Positions 18,668 through 28,585 of a stretch of 64,000 bases of DNA are shown here, piece by piece (within the stretch, counting starts at the first letter, position 1; each line of letters starts with the position of its first letter). The translations under genes were made by a program, and so were the position numbers. This DNA comes from a bacterium (GTDB lineage: Bacteria; JADJOY01): NCBI GenBank assembly GCA_046331705.1, contig JAXLQJ010000009.1, forward strand, positions 1 to 64,000, read 5' to 3'. The notes under the pieces were generated by a model. That model was not told the DNA's origin, did not search any database, and saw only the letters and a list, made by a program, of their open reading frames with translations.

Positions 18668-19651
18668 ATGAACCTCCGTACCGCCGCTTCGCTGGCGCTG
18701 CCCTTCGCAGGCGCGCGCTACCTCAAGACGCGCACGCCGCTGGTGGTGGGCATCCAGCTCACGCTGCGCTGCAACTTCCGCTGCGACTACTGCACCCGCA
18801 CCAGCGACCAACGCATCGAGCTGCCCATCGAGCTGGTGCGCGGGTTGCTGCGCGAGATCGCCCGACTGGGTGGCCGCAAGGTGGTCTTCACGGGCGGCGA
18901 GCCGCTGCTCTACCCGGGAGTCGAGGAGCTGGCCGAGCTCGGCCACCAGCTCGGGCTGTCGGTGAGCCTCAACACCAACGGCACGTTCCTCACCCGCCAC
19001 GCGGCAATCCTGCGCTGGATCAGCGACCTCACCACCAGCCTCGACGGCGGTCGCGCCGTCCACGACGCGGTGCGCGGAGAGGGCTCCTTCGACAAGGTCA
19101 TCGAGAGCCTGCGGCTGGCACGCGAACGGGGAATCAAGCGTCGCGTGACCGTGGTGCTGCATCGCGAGAGCCTGGGCTCGGTCGACGAGTTGCTCGCCAT
19201 CGGGGCACGCGAGGACGTCCCGATCACGTTCCAGCCGGTCTTCGATCCGCCCGAGAATCGCAGCGACGTGTATCCGGAGGCCGCCGCGTACCGAGCTGCG
19301 ATCGACGCGTTGCTCGCGGCCAAACGCAACGGCGCCGAGCGCGTCATCGCCAACTCGGTCGAGGGGTTGCGCTACCTGCGCGACTGGCCCGACCTGGCGT
19401 GGTCGCGCTGCGCCGGCGGCTTCCTCTTCTGCCGCGTGCAGGTCGACGGCGACGTGGTGATCTGCGCGGAGAACAAGCAGAGCCCGCCCGGCGGCAACGT
19501 GCTGCGCGACGGCGCCGCGGCCTTCGGCGCCGCCTTCCGCGCCCTCGACGTGCTGCGCTGCGGCACGTGTCCGTGCGCCAATCACGTCGAGATCAACCAA
19601 GCGTTCGCGCCCCACGTCGGCGCCGCGTTGAATCTGGCGCGTTTGGTGTGA
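18668..19651 (+). CDS. Radical SAM protein with C-terminal SPASM/twitch-type Cys cluster (327 aa)
   Basis: CNFRCDYC, FTGGEP, NTNG, SLDG and C-terminal CAGG..C..DGDVVIC..CGTCPC. Confidence 0.9.
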   Translation: MNLRTAASLALPFAGARYLKTRTPLVVGIQLTLRCNFRCDYCTRTSDQRIELPIELVRGLLREIARLGGRKVVFTGGEPLLYPGVEELAELGHQLGLSVSLNTNGTFLTRHAAILRWISDLTTSLDGGRAVHDAVRGEGSFDKVIESLRLARERGIKRRVTVVLHRESLGSVDELLAIGAREDVPITFQPVFDPPENRSDVYPEAAAYRAAIDALLAAKRNGAERVIANSVEGLRYLRDWPDLAWSRCAGGFLFCRVQVDGDVVICAENKQSPPGGNVLRDGAAAFGAAFRALDVLRCGTCPCANHVEINQAFAPHVGAALNLARLV

Positions 19652-19782
19652 GCGCGCCCGCCGTGCCCGGGCGCCGTCGTTCACTCGAGGTGCGGCGCCG
19701 GCCGGAGCGCCGCACCGACGCGCGCCCTTTCCCGGCGCATTGCGCGCCGCTCGAGCGCGCGACCCCGCGGCTTTCCGAACCC

Positions 19783-19791
19783 TGGTAGACT
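19783..19791 (+). promoter_or_regulatory. Putative extended -10 element (TG-n-TAGACT)
   Basis: TGGTAGACT about 38 bp upstream of the 19829 start. Confidence 0.5.
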
Positions 19792-19828
19792 CGCGCGGCG
19801 CCGCGTCGGCGCCCGTTCGGGAGAGGTC

Positions 19829-20857
19829 GTGATCGGCAATCTGCTCGGCTTCGTGCTGGTCTTCGGCGTGGTCGTCGCGCTCGGCTGGGTCACGCGCAGC
19901 GTGCTCGCGGCCTTGGCCGGCGGCATCGCGCTTTCGGTCCTGGTGTTCTCCGCCGTCGCCGTCCAGCTCGGCTCCGACCTGGGCTCGATCCTCGACTACG
20001 CCGCCGATCCCAAGGCGCCGATGCTCGTCGTGTTCAGCGACGGGCCGACCGCGGTCGCAGGCGTGTGGGTCAAGCTGCGCGAGATCCGCGAGAACGGCGC
20101 CTTGATGAACCAGTTTCGCAACCCGGACCCGAAAGTCGCCGCGGCGGCGCGCGAGACACTGCGCCAGCGTTTCGCGGCCGACCTGACGGAGGAACAGCCC
20201 GGGCCGCCGCCGCCGATCCTCGTCCATCGCCTGATCGCGAGCGGCGTGCAGGCGCTCGATCCGCCGGCGCTCAAGCGATTCGCCGATCGCGTTCGCGAGC
20301 ACGGCTGGGCGGAAGCCGCCAAGGGCTCGTTCCGACTGGTCCGCGTCGACGTGAGCGGCGCGCGCGCCGTCCTCGACGGGCACGCCAGCGTCCCGTTCAA
20401 GGTGCCGACGGCGACCGGCACCGTGGACGCGCAAGTCAAGCCGCAGTTCGTCCTCGACTGCATCACGGCGCCCGACTGCTACGACCGCCTGATGGGCGCG
20501 GTGCACGATCCGGATCGGGCCGTGGTTCAGCTCGGCGACACCAAGGGCCTCTCGCAGCTGGTCGCCGAGGATCCGGAGATCGCGCGCACACTCGAGATGC
20601 AGGCCTCGTACTTCCCGCCAGGTGCCTACGCGAATGCCGCGGCCAGCCTGATGGCGCTGGCGCTCGCCGGGCGCACGGTCGCGGAAACGGGCCTGCCGGC
20701 GCTCAACAAGCTGCTAGCGGCGCCGCCGATCGAGATCTTCCCGAAGACTCCCATCGCGCGCTTGCTGGATCGGACGCTGACGCTCGCGACCAGCGGACCG
20801 CTCGCGACCTTGCTGCAGAGCGCCGCGATGGAGCGACTGAAACGACTGAACGGCTGA
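19829..20857 (+). CDS. Hypothetical protein with two N-terminal TM helices (342 aa)
   Basis: GTG start with GGAGAGG upstream; normal codon usage; no family recognised. Confidence 0.75.
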   Translation: MIGNLLGFVLVFGVVVALGWVTRSVLAALAGGIALSVLVFSAVAVQLGSDLGSILDYAADPKAPMLVVFSDGPTAVAGVWVKLREIRENGALMNQFRNPDPKVAAAARETLRQRFAADLTEEQPGPPPPILVHRLIASGVQALDPPALKRFADRVREHGWAEAAKGSFRLVRVDVSGARAVLDGHASVPFKVPTATGTVDAQVKPQFVLDCITAPDCYDRLMGAVHDPDRAVVQLGDTKGLSQLVAEDPEIARTLEMQASYFPPGAYANAAASLMALALAGRTVAETGLPALNKLLAAPPIEIFPKTPIARLLDRTLTLATSGPLATLLQSAAMERLKRLNG

Positions 20858-20903
20858 ACGGCGCGCGCGGGTGCGCGCGTCGCGCCACCGCCCTGGGCGC
20901 GCT

Positions 20904-21986
20904 TCAGCGCGCGATGGCGCGCTGCCGCAGGTGGTGATCCGCGAGCACCAGCAGCACCGCCGCCTCGACGAGCGGGACGGCGCGCGGCAACACGCACGGA
21001 TCGTGGCGGCCGCGCGCCGCGAGCGTGCGCGCCTTGCCGTGGACGTCGACGCTTCGCTGCGCCTTGCGGATGGTCGCCGTGGGCTTGAAGACCACCCGGC
21101 AGACGATCGGCTCGCCGTTCGAGATCCCGCCCTGGATGCCGCCCGAGAGGTTGGTCTTGGTGCGCACCCGGCCCTGACGGATCACGAACGGATCGTTGTG
21201 CTCGCTGCCCTTCATGCCGAGTGAGCCGAAGCCGCTGCCGACCTCGAAGCCCTTGGACGCCGGCAACGACATCAACGCCTTCGCCAGGTCCGCCTCGAGC
21301 TTGTCGAATACCGGCTCGCCGAGACCCGCCGGCACCCCCCGCGCGACCACCTCGACCACGCCGCCGATCGAGTCTCCTTCGCGCCGGACCTCGTCGATCA
21401 GCTCGATCATCCGCGCCGCCGTCGCTTCGTCGGGGCAGCGCACGGCGGTTCGCTCCACGTGGGCGCGGCGGATCCGCGTCGGATCCACGGGCGCCACGAT
21501 CGATCCCACCTGGGTCACGTACGCGACGACCTCGATGCCGGCGTCCACGTCGAGAAGCTTCCGCGCCACCGCCCCCGCGGCCACCCTCGCCGCGGTCTCG
21601 CGGGCACTGGCGCGGCCGCCGCCGCGCGGTTCGCGGATGCCGTACTTGGCGTCGTACGTGAAGTCGGCATGAGAAGGACGGTAGACCTCCTCCATCTCCT
21701 CGTAGTCCTTGCCGCGCGCGTCCACGTTGCGGATGAGCATGCCGATCGGCGTGCCGAGCGTGAGACCATCGCGCGACAGACCCGAGAGGATCTCGACCTG
21801 GTCCGGCTCGCCACGCGGCGTGGTCAAGCGACTTTGCCCGGGCCTGCGCCGATCGAGATCGAGCTGGATCTCGGCGGCGGCGATCGGTAGACGCGGCGGG
21901 CAGCCGTCGACGATCACGCCAAGCGCCGGCCCGTGGCTCTCGCCGAAGGTCGTGACGCGAAAGAGCGTTCCACTCGAGCTGCTCAT
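20904..21986 (-). CDS. aroC: Chorismate synthase
   Basis: [45 protein letters not shown] and GRHDPCV. Confidence 0.98.
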   Translation of the reverse strand: MSSSSGTLFRVTTFGESHGPALGVIVDGCPPRLPIAAAEIQLDLDRRRPGQSRLTTPRGEPDQVEILSGLSRDGLTLGTPIGMLIRNVDARGKDYEEMEEVYRPSHADFTYDAKYGIREPRGGGRASARETAARVAAGAVARKLLDVDAGIEVVAYVTQVGSIVAPVDPTRIRRAHVERTAVRCPDEATAARMIELIDEVRREGDSIGGVVEVVARGVPAGLGEPVFDKLEADLAKALMSLPASKGFEVGSGFGSLGMKGSEHNDPFVIRQGRVRTKTNLSGGIQGGISNGEPIVCRVVFKPTATIRKAQRSVDVHGKARTLAARGRHDPCVLPRAVPLVEAAVLLVLADHHLRQRAIAR

Positions 21987-22032
21987 GGCGGCGGAAGTGT
22001 AGCGTGTGTGGACTGGCGCGAGCGCGCCACGC

Positions 22033-22842
22033 TCACGTGCCGCCCTCGTCGGCGAGCACGAGCTCGCGCGCGGACTCGCGATCCACCACCAGCTCGACGG
22101 GACCGGGATGCAGCTGCAGGAACGACGCGGGACACTCCGGAGATACCGCGCCGTGGAACGCGCGCCGGAGGGGCTCGGCCTTGGCGCGTCCCCACGCCAC
22201 CAGCAGCACCCGGCGGGTCTCGAGGATGGTCGCGATCCCCATGGTGACCGCCTCGCGCGGCATCGGCCCGAGCCCAGCGAAGGACGGTGCATTCTCCGCC
22301 AGCGTGGCGGACGCCAGCGCCACGCGACGCGTGCGACTGGAGGGATCCGAGCCCGGCTCGTTGAACGCGACGTGACCGTTCACGCCGATTCCGAGGAGCT
22401 GAAGATCGATGCCGCCCGCGGCACGGATCGCGCGCTCGAAGCGCTCGAATCCGTCGTTCCCATCGCTCTCGTGAGCATCCGGGAAATGGCACGACGAAGC
22501 CGGGATGCCGGCAGGATCGAAGAGGTGGGCGTGCATGAAGCACCGGAAGCTCGCGGGATGATCGGATGGAATCCCCACGTACTCGTCCAGGTTGAACGTG
22601 ACGAGCTGGCGCGCATCGAGCTCGTGACGTCGGAAGACCTCGACCAGCGCCGCGTAGATCGGTGCGACGGATCGGCCCGTGGCGAGCCCCAGCACTGGCG
22701 CGCGCCCGGACACCGAGTGCAGCACGTCGGCGATGCGCTGCGCGGCGAAGGCGCCGCCGGCGAGCGCGTCGGGCGAGACCGCGACGGAGACGCGCTTTCC
22801 CGCCGCGCACACGAGCGCGTGGCGCGAGACGGCGTCGGTCAT
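22033..22842 (-). CDS. nagB: Glucosamine-6-phosphate deaminase
   Basis: [44 protein letters not shown] and PASFLQLH. Confidence 0.95.
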   Translation of the reverse strand: MTDAVSRHALVCAAGKRVSVAVSPDALAGGAFAAQRIADVLHSVSGRAPVLGLATGRSVAPIYAALVEVFRRHELDARQLVTFNLDEYVGIPSDHPASFRCFMHAHLFDPAGIPASSCHFPDAHESDGNDGFERFERAIRAAGGIDLQLLGIGVNGHVAFNEPGSDPSSRTRRVALASATLAENAPSFAGLGPMPREAVTMGIATILETRRVLLVAWGRAKAEPLRRAFHGAVSPECPASFLQLHPGPVELVVDRESARELVLADEGGT

Positions 22843-22872
22843 GCGCCGCGCGAGAGCAAGCGCCGGCCCGGC

Positions 22873-23481
22873 TCAGCCGGCGGCGGCCGCCACCGTGACC
22901 GGAACCGTCGTCGACAGACCGTCGTGCGCGATACCGATGGTGGCGCTTCCCGGGGCCACCGCCGTGACGGCCCCGCCCGCGGCGACGGTCACGATCGAGG
23001 CGTCGCTGGAAGCGAACACCGTGCTCGCGTCGCTGGTGAGGTCCTGCGTGCTGTCGTCCGAGAGGTGACCGGTCACCGTCAGGTTCGCGGTGGCGCCTGC
23101 GGTCAGGCTCAGCGTGAGCGGGCTCGCCGAGATCGAGTCCAGCGACACCGGCACCGACACCGAGAAGATGACCTGGTCGGTGTCCTCGAAACCGGAATCC
23201 GACAGGTAGTAGACCGACAGCACGTGTTCGCCGGTGGTGACGCCGGAGACCAGGCCGGCTGCCTGATCGTTGGTGACGAAGAATCCGTGCGACACATCCG
23301 AGCCGTCGAGGACGATCTCGAAGGTCCGTGCGGGCGCGCTGAACGTCACGCGCGTGACGAAGCTCGAGTCGGTGACCACCTCGCCATCCGCAGGCGACAC
23401 GATCTTGACCTCCGGCCCACAGCCGAAGACGGCGAGGAGCAACCACCACGCCGCGAACCGCCTGCGCTTTTGCGTCGTCAT
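22873..23481 (-). CDS. Lipoprotein with Ig-like (Big_2-type) domain (202 aa)
   Basis: Basic N-terminus plus lipobox-like LLAVFGC, then LTVTGHLSDDSTQDLT...FASSDASIVTVAAGGAVTAVAPGSATI. Confidence 0.8.
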   Translation of the reverse strand: MTTQKRRRFAAWWLLLAVFGCGPEVKIVSPADGEVVTDSSFVTRVTFSAPARTFEIVLDGSDVSHGFFVTNDQAAGLVSGVTTGEHVLSVYYLSDSGFEDTDQVIFSVSVPVSLDSISASPLTLSLTAGATANLTVTGHLSDDSTQDLTSDASTVFASSDASIVTVAAGGAVTAVAPGSATIGIAHDGLSTTVPVTVAAAAG

Positions 23482-23534
23482 GTGCGGACTCTCCGGTGCA
23501 TCGGGGTCACGGATCGCACGGTACCATCGATCGA

Positions 23535-23567
23535 GAGGGCCATCAAGTGATCGACTTGATGGCCCTC
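23535..23567. other. Perfect 14-bp inverted repeat downstream of ndk (stem-loop or operator)
   Basis: GAGGGCCATCAAGT-gatcg-ACTTGATGGCCCTC; no U-tract on either strand. Confidence 0.75.
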
Positions 23568-23583
23568 GTCGCGAGCGCGTCGC

Positions 23584-24009
23584 TCATTCCTGGGGCGGCA
23601 GCTCGAGCCCGCTGAAGAAGAACGCCACCTCGACGGCGGCGGTCTCGGGCGCGTCGGACCCATGCACCGCGTTGCGCTCGATGTTGGTCGCGTAGAGCTT
23701 GCGAATCGTACCCTCGGCCGCCTTCGCGGGATCGGTGGCGCCCATCAGCTCGCGGTTCCGCGCGATCGCGTTCTCCCCTTCGAGAACGCTCACCACGACC
23801 GGCCCCGAGGTCATGAACTCGCACAGACTCGCGTAGAACGGACGCTCCTTGTGAACGGCGTAGAACGCTCGCGCCTGGGCGGGCGTGAGCTGGATGCGCT
23901 TGGTCGCGGCGACGCGCAGACCCGCGTCCTCGAACTTCGCCAGGATCGCGCCGATCTTGTTCTTGGCCACCGCATCCGGCTTGATGATGGAGAGCGTGCG
24001 TTCGTTCAT
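23584..24009 (-). CDS. ndk: Nucleoside diphosphate kinase
   Basis: [28 protein letters not shown] and NAVHGSD; GAGGAG Shine-Dalgarno. Confidence 0.98.
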   Translation of the reverse strand: MNERTLSIIKPDAVAKNKIGAILAKFEDAGLRVAATKRIQLTPAQARAFYAVHKERPFYASLCEFMTSGPVVVSVLEGENAIARNRELMGATDPAKAAEGTIRKLYATNIERNAVHGSDAPETAAVEVAFFFSGLELPPQE

Positions 24010-24082
24010 GAGCTCCTCGCGAATCGGGGCGCGCCGGGCCACGTCCGCGCGGCGCGCACTGGTTTTGGAGAATCGATCGAGA

Positions 24083-24916
24083 TTAGCGCGCTCGCGAGAT
24101 CGTGGCTTGGGGGTGCGCGGCGATCGGCCGGAGCGTGGCCGTTCGACGACCCGGCCGAGGGCGCCGGGCACGCGCGAGCAGCCCCGCGTACTCGCGAAAC
24201 GCGTCGGCGATCACCCGCGGGTTGCCCCCCGTGGGCCGTCCCCAGCTCCGCGGCCGATGGAAGACGGGCAGCTGGGCGATGCGCGCTCCGTGGCGCTCCA
24301 AGGCGAGCGCCAGCTCCGCACCGAACGCGGCGCCGTTCGCCGTCAGCTCGAGCGCCCGCACCACCTCGGCGCGCAGCAGCTTGAACGCGCAGTTGACGTC
24401 CCGCAGCCGCACCCGCAGCGTGAGTGACACGAAACGGTTCCACGCCAGCGCCATGGCACGGCGATGGGCGGGGTCCCGCCGGCGCGCGCGGATGCCTGCC
24501 ACGACGTCGTGGTTCTCGCTCAGCGCCACCAGACGCGCGAGCTCGCTCACGTCGAATTGGCGGTCCGCGTCGGTGAAGAAGAGCCATTCGCCGGTGGCCG
24601 CGGCGAAGCCGCTGCGCAGCGCCGCACCGTAGCCGCGGCTCGTGGCATGGCGCACCAGGCGAAGGCCGGCGACGCCCGAACGGAGGGATTCGACGATGGC
24701 GGCTGTCCGATCCTGCGAGCCATCGTCGACGACGATCACCTCGACATGGTCCGCGACTGCGGCGGCTGCCTGCCACACCTCGAGGACCGCCAGCTCGACG
24801 TTGCCCTCCTCGTTGCGCGCGGGCAGCACGACCGACAGGCTCGCGAGCCGCGGACGCCGCGGCTCGGCGCCCGCGCGGAGCGCGTTCTCGGTGGGAAGCG
24901 ATTGCACGCGAAGCAC
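24083..24916 (-). CDS. GT2 glycosyltransferase, DPM1/polyprenyl-phosphate sugar transferase-like
   Basis: [39 protein letters not shown] and DVNCAFKL. Confidence 0.9.
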   Translation of the reverse strand: MLRVQSLPTENALRAGAEPRRPRLASLSVVLPARNEEGNVELAVLEVWQAAAAVADHVEVIVVDDGSQDRTAAIVESLRSGVAGLRLVRHATSRGYGAALRSGFAAATGEWLFFTDADRQFDVSELARLVALSENHDVVAGIRARRRDPAHRRAMALAWNRFVSLTLRVRLRDVNCAFKLLRAEVVRALELTANGAAFGAELALALERHGARIAQLPVFHRPRSWGRPTGGNPRVIADAFREYAGLLARARRPRPGRRTATLRPIAAHPQATISRAR

Positions 24917-25050
24917 GACCAGCGACGGAGGCTCGGGAAGATATCACTCACGCGGCCCCCAGTCCGTCGCGGCGCCCGCGCCCATCCGGGCGACGTGGGC
25001 CGGGCGGACCGCCTGGACCCGAGCCACGGCGCCGCTGCGGTACCGCCGCT

Positions 25051-26550
25051 TCAGCTCCGCTCCGCCGCGGCGACGCTGCGCGACCGCGACCACCGGCCTC
25101 GCACGCGCGCGGCGCCCAGCCCTGCGGCGACCAGCGGCAGCAGGCTCGCGAGCGGCGCGGCCGCGCGACCTCCCGGCACCTGACCGCACACCGGCGGCGC
25201 CATCGGCTCGAAGCGCGCCACCACGTCCGGGTACGACGCATCCGCGTCCACGTCGCGAATCGCCGCACCGTTGACCGCGCCCGAGAGGTAATTCGAGCGC
25301 AGCACCAGGTTCGTCCGCGACAGCGGCGAGGTGTCGTCGGGACGCGGCACCAGCTGGTCGCCGGTGGCAAAGAAATCCGCGGGGTCCTTCTCGTGATCGA
25401 AGCCAGCCTCCGACTGGTACTCGAAGGCGCCGTCGGCCTGCTCGAAGAAGATGAACGGGCTGAACTCGTTGCAGTTCGGGCATTCGAGCAGACGCGGAAT
25501 GATGGTGAAGGTCGGATTCGGCTTGTGCAGCTCGAGCACGCGGTAGACCGCGAGCCCGCCGCTGCCGGCGACGTCCGAGTCCCACGGGTACCACGCATCG
25601 GCGGGACTCGACGGCCGCCGGTTCTCGATCAGGAAGTACTCGTTGCCGCTGCCGAGCTGATAGACGACGCCGCCTTCCAGCACCGGCGGCACCAATGCCG
25701 CCGCGAGGGTGCTCGTCACCGGCACGACGGTGGCCCAGCCCGCCTTCACGCGATCCACGGCGTTGAGGCTGGTGTATCGCCCGTAGCCGCTGCCCATCCG
25801 CGACCAAGCGCTGCCCGGGTTCGGCTCGAGCCCGAGCGCGGGGTTGGTGCCGTCGAGGGCGTCCTCGTTGTACATGTCGTCGAAACCGATCAGGTGACCG
25901 AACTCGTGCAGGTAGTTCCGCGTGTCGCTGAGCTTGGCGACGGCCACCGCGTTGACGCGCACTCCGTCGAACGTGAAATCCGCGGGCGTGAAGCCGGTCA
26001 AGGTCTCCGAGAGCTCCGCCACCGGCAGCGCGATCCCTCCCACGTCGGTGTTGATGATCGCGGCGACCCCGTCGGTCCATCCATCGGCGTTCGAGTCGAA
26101 CTGGCTGAAGTCGACGCCCAGCTCGTCGTGCGCCCGGCGCAGCACGTCGCGCAACATGCCGAGGGCCGGGACCAGGGCCGTCACGTCACCGCGGTCGATC
26201 ACGCAATCGTCGTGGGGCGGCGGCATCGGACAGGTGTCGAAGTGGATGGGCGGGGGCAACACCGCCTCGGGGCGATAGGCGCCAATGGACTGGACCTCCC
26301 AGTACCGGGAGAATCCGTCGCTCGCGTTGGCCGGATCGTAGAAATCGGCCACGGAGCTCCAGTCCGCCACCGTGCCGATCTCGATTCGAAGCACCAGCAC
26401 CGGCCGCGTCCCGGTGCGGGGCACCTTGTTGCGTCCGATGTCGTTCGCATCGCTCATGTGGTCGATGTAACCTGCCGCCGCCTTGCCGGCGGCCAGGCCG
26501 AAGACCACCGCCCAAGCCAGCGCGAGCCAGGGTTGCTTTCGTCGCTTCAT
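25051..26550 (-). CDS. Secreted M6/immune-inhibitor-A-like zinc metalloprotease with C-terminal membrane anchor (499 aa)
   Basis: Signal peptide, DFSQFDSNADGWTD, HEFGHLIGFDDMY, WSRMGSG, EYFLIENR, and a C-terminal Cys, hydrophobic, Arg-rich tail. Confidence 0.85.
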   Translation of the reverse strand: MKRRKQPWLALAWAVVFGLAAGKAAAGYIDHMSDANDIGRNKVPRTGTRPVLVLRIEIGTVADWSSVADFYDPANASDGFSRYWEVQSIGAYRPEAVLPPPIHFDTCPMPPPHDDCVIDRGDVTALVPALGMLRDVLRRAHDELGVDFSQFDSNADGWTDGVAAIINTDVGGIALPVAELSETLTGFTPADFTFDGVRVNAVAVAKLSDTRNYLHEFGHLIGFDDMYNEDALDGTNPALGLEPNPGSAWSRMGSGYGRYTSLNAVDRVKAGWATVVPVTSTLAAALVPPVLEGGVVYQLGSGNEYFLIENRRPSSPADAWYPWDSDVAGSGGLAVYRVLELHKPNPTFTIIPRLLECPNCNEFSPFIFFEQADGAFEYQSEAGFDHEKDPADFFATGDQLVPRPDDTSPLSRTNLVLRSNYLSGAVNGAAIRDVDADASYPDVVARFEPMAPPVCGQVPGGRAAAPLASLLPLVAAGLGAARVRGRWSRSRSVAAAERS

Positions 26551-26699
26551 TCGATTCTCTCCTCGCGACGCCGCCACCCAGTCCGCGGGAGCCACGCGAT
26601 CGCATCCTCAGACGATACACGTGATCGACCACCGCGCGCCTCCCCACGGCGCGCGCGCCCGCTGACGCGCGCTCCCCACCACCCGCCCGAGCAGCGTCG

Positions 26700-27059
26700 G
26701 TGACCACCCCGCTCAATCCGTGGGTGCCGATCGGGCTCTTGCTCGTGGGAGTCGCGCTCGGCGCCGCCGGCGGGCTCCTGGTCGTGCTCGCTCGCTACAA
26801 GCGCACCACCCGGGCGCTCGGCGCGCTGCTCTTCTTGATCGGCAGCGGCATGGCCGGCGCCGCGCTGCTCGAGGTAACCCGCAGCCCGTTCGTCACCGGT
26901 TTCCTGGGAGCGCTCTACTGCCTCGCGGTGCTGGCCGCGCTGCTGGCGGTCGACTCCTCGGCTGGCCCCGAGCCGCGCCAGCCCTCGCCGCGCCGCTTCT
27001 CGACCAACCGCACCACGCGCGTCCTCGACCGCACCCGCGACCGGCACCCACCGGTCTGA
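26700..27059 (+). CDS. Small hypothetical 3-TM membrane protein (119 aa)
   Basis: Three hydrophobic segments; fills the gap between neighbouring genes. Confidence 0.65.
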   Translation: MTTPLNPWVPIGLLLVGVALGAAGGLLVVLARYKRTTRALGALLFLIGSGMAGAALLEVTRSPFVTGFLGALYCLAVLAALLAVDSSAGPEPRQPSPRRFSTNRTTRVLDRTRDRHPPV

Positions 27060-27087
27060 GCGGGCGAGCGCCCGGCGGCGCGCGGGC

Positions 27088-28377
27088 TCAGGTCTTGGTC
27101 TCGGGCTTGGGCGCGGCGGGTCGACGCGTCTCCGAGACGGGGATCAGCCGTCCGCCCTGGTTGACCAGGAACTCCGTGGTCGAGAGATCGGGTGCGATGC
27201 GCCCCACGACTTGCTTGGGGTGCTGGATGATTCGATAGCCGTTGGGGATCGCGCGGCCGGGGTAGAACCAGACCGGGCCCGAGATCGAGGCCTTGTGCCC
27301 GACGCAGCCGGCCAGGAAGTTGAGCTTGGTGTCGGCGAATCCACCGTCGTGCTCGACCTCGATGGAGCCCTCCAGCTTGAGGTCGTAGAACCGCACCCGT
27401 CCGCCGACGAACGACTCGCTGCCCACCAACCCGCCCTGGATCGTCTTCACGAAGCTCTCCGGGTAGATCGCGGAGAGGTTCAGGATCGCCTGTTGCGCGA
27501 TGATGCTCTTGTCGCCCACCACCGACCCGTTCACGATCGCCTGCTCGCCGATCGACGCCCCGGCACCGAGCAGCGAGAAACGCACTTGCGCGCCCGCGCC
27601 GACGTGCACGCCCGGCCCGAGAATGCAGCCTTCCACCGTGGCGCTGGGATGGATCAGGCAGCCCTTGCCGATCACGTTCAGCCGGCCCAGGAAGCCGTAC
27701 GCGATCTTGCCGCGCGTGGTGGCGAAGAGCGACCGCAGCAGGATCCACGCGAGCCACGCCTTGCGAGCCGTCGCCTCGCGCGCCCAAGCCAGGCCGATCG
27801 TGAACACGTTGGCCTGCCACACGTGAACCCAGTGGCCGAGGTGCATCACCACACCGTTCGAGAGGGGCACGGCCATCGATCGGCCGCGCGCACCCATCGC
27901 GCCGAGGTCCACGGGGAACGTCCGCTCCCGAAGCTCGACGACCTCGGCGCTCGAGCGCGCGCGCAGCTCGTCGAGGCTCGTGACTCGCTCCCGCACGTAG
28001 AAGACGTCGTAGAGCGCGCGCTCGCCCGACGGGTAGCGAAAGTCCTTCTCGAAGCGCAGGCCTTGGATCGGGTGGGTGAACTCGACCATCGGACCGCGCG
28101 GAACCCCCAGCACCCGGTTGCCGCCGCCTGCACGCGCCGCTTCCAGGAATCGCCGCAGGAGGCCGGTGGAAACGAACACGTAGTCGACGATCAGCAGGTA
28201 CTCGGGATCCGAGATCTCGCCGAGATCGCTCACGCGCCGCGCCGGCAGACCGAGATCGGCGAAGGCACGATCCTGGTGCTCGCCGAGCCGACGATCGCCG
28301 AGCCAGGTGCGAGAGACCGGATCGCCGAACGGCGCGATGGTGCGCCGGCTGTCGAGAACGTAGGCGGGCGTGGCCAC
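27088..28377 (-). CDS. Hexapeptide-repeat (left-handed beta-helix) protein, paralog A (429 aa)
   Basis: GTG at 28377. IGKGCLIHPSATVEGCILGPGVHVGAGAQV repeats and an N-terminal alpha/beta domain; aligns end to end with 28586..29830. Confidence 0.8.
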   Translation of the reverse strand: MATPAYVLDSRRTIAPFGDPVSRTWLGDRRLGEHQDRAFADLGLPARRVSDLGEISDPEYLLIVDYVFVSTGLLRRFLEAARAGGGNRVLGVPRGPMVEFTHPIQGLRFEKDFRYPSGERALYDVFYVRERVTSLDELRARSSAEVVELRERTFPVDLGAMGARGRSMAVPLSNGVVMHLGHWVHVWQANVFTIGLAWAREATARKAWLAWILLRSLFATTRGKIAYGFLGRLNVIGKGCLIHPSATVEGCILGPGVHVGAGAQVRFSLLGAGASIGEQAIVNGSVVGDKSIIAQQAILNLSAIYPESFVKTIQGGLVGSESFVGGRVRFYDLKLEGSIEVEHDGGFADTKLNFLAGCVGHKASISGPVWFYPGRAIPNGYRIIQHPKQVVGRIAPDLSTTEFLVNQGGRLIPVSETRRPAAPKPETKT

Positions 28378-28435
28378 CGATGGTTTCCTCGCTTGGAAGG
28401 CGCGCTCGCGAAACCGGTTCCGCGTGCGGCGCGCG

Positions 28436-28464
28436 AAGCTACAGCGCTCGGTTTCGGCCGTCAA
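28436..28464 (-). promoter_or_regulatory. sigma70-type promoter for paralog A
   Basis: TTGACG-N17-TAGCTT on the minus strand, about 60 bp upstream of the 28377 start. Confidence 0.75.
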
Positions 28465-28512
28465 AGCAGTCTTCGGCAAGCAGCCTTCGGCGCGTCGCGT
28501 TCCCCCCGTGCC

Positions 28513-28542
28513 TTGCGGGCGCGGCGCGCCTTCCGCTAAATC
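28513..28542 (+). promoter_or_regulatory. Possible sigma70-type promoter for paralog B
   Basis: TTGCGG-N18-TAAATC, a weaker match. Confidence 0.35.
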
Positions 28543-28585
28543 GTCGCGTCTCGCGCTTCGCCTTCCCGGCGCGCCCAGGCCCCTC

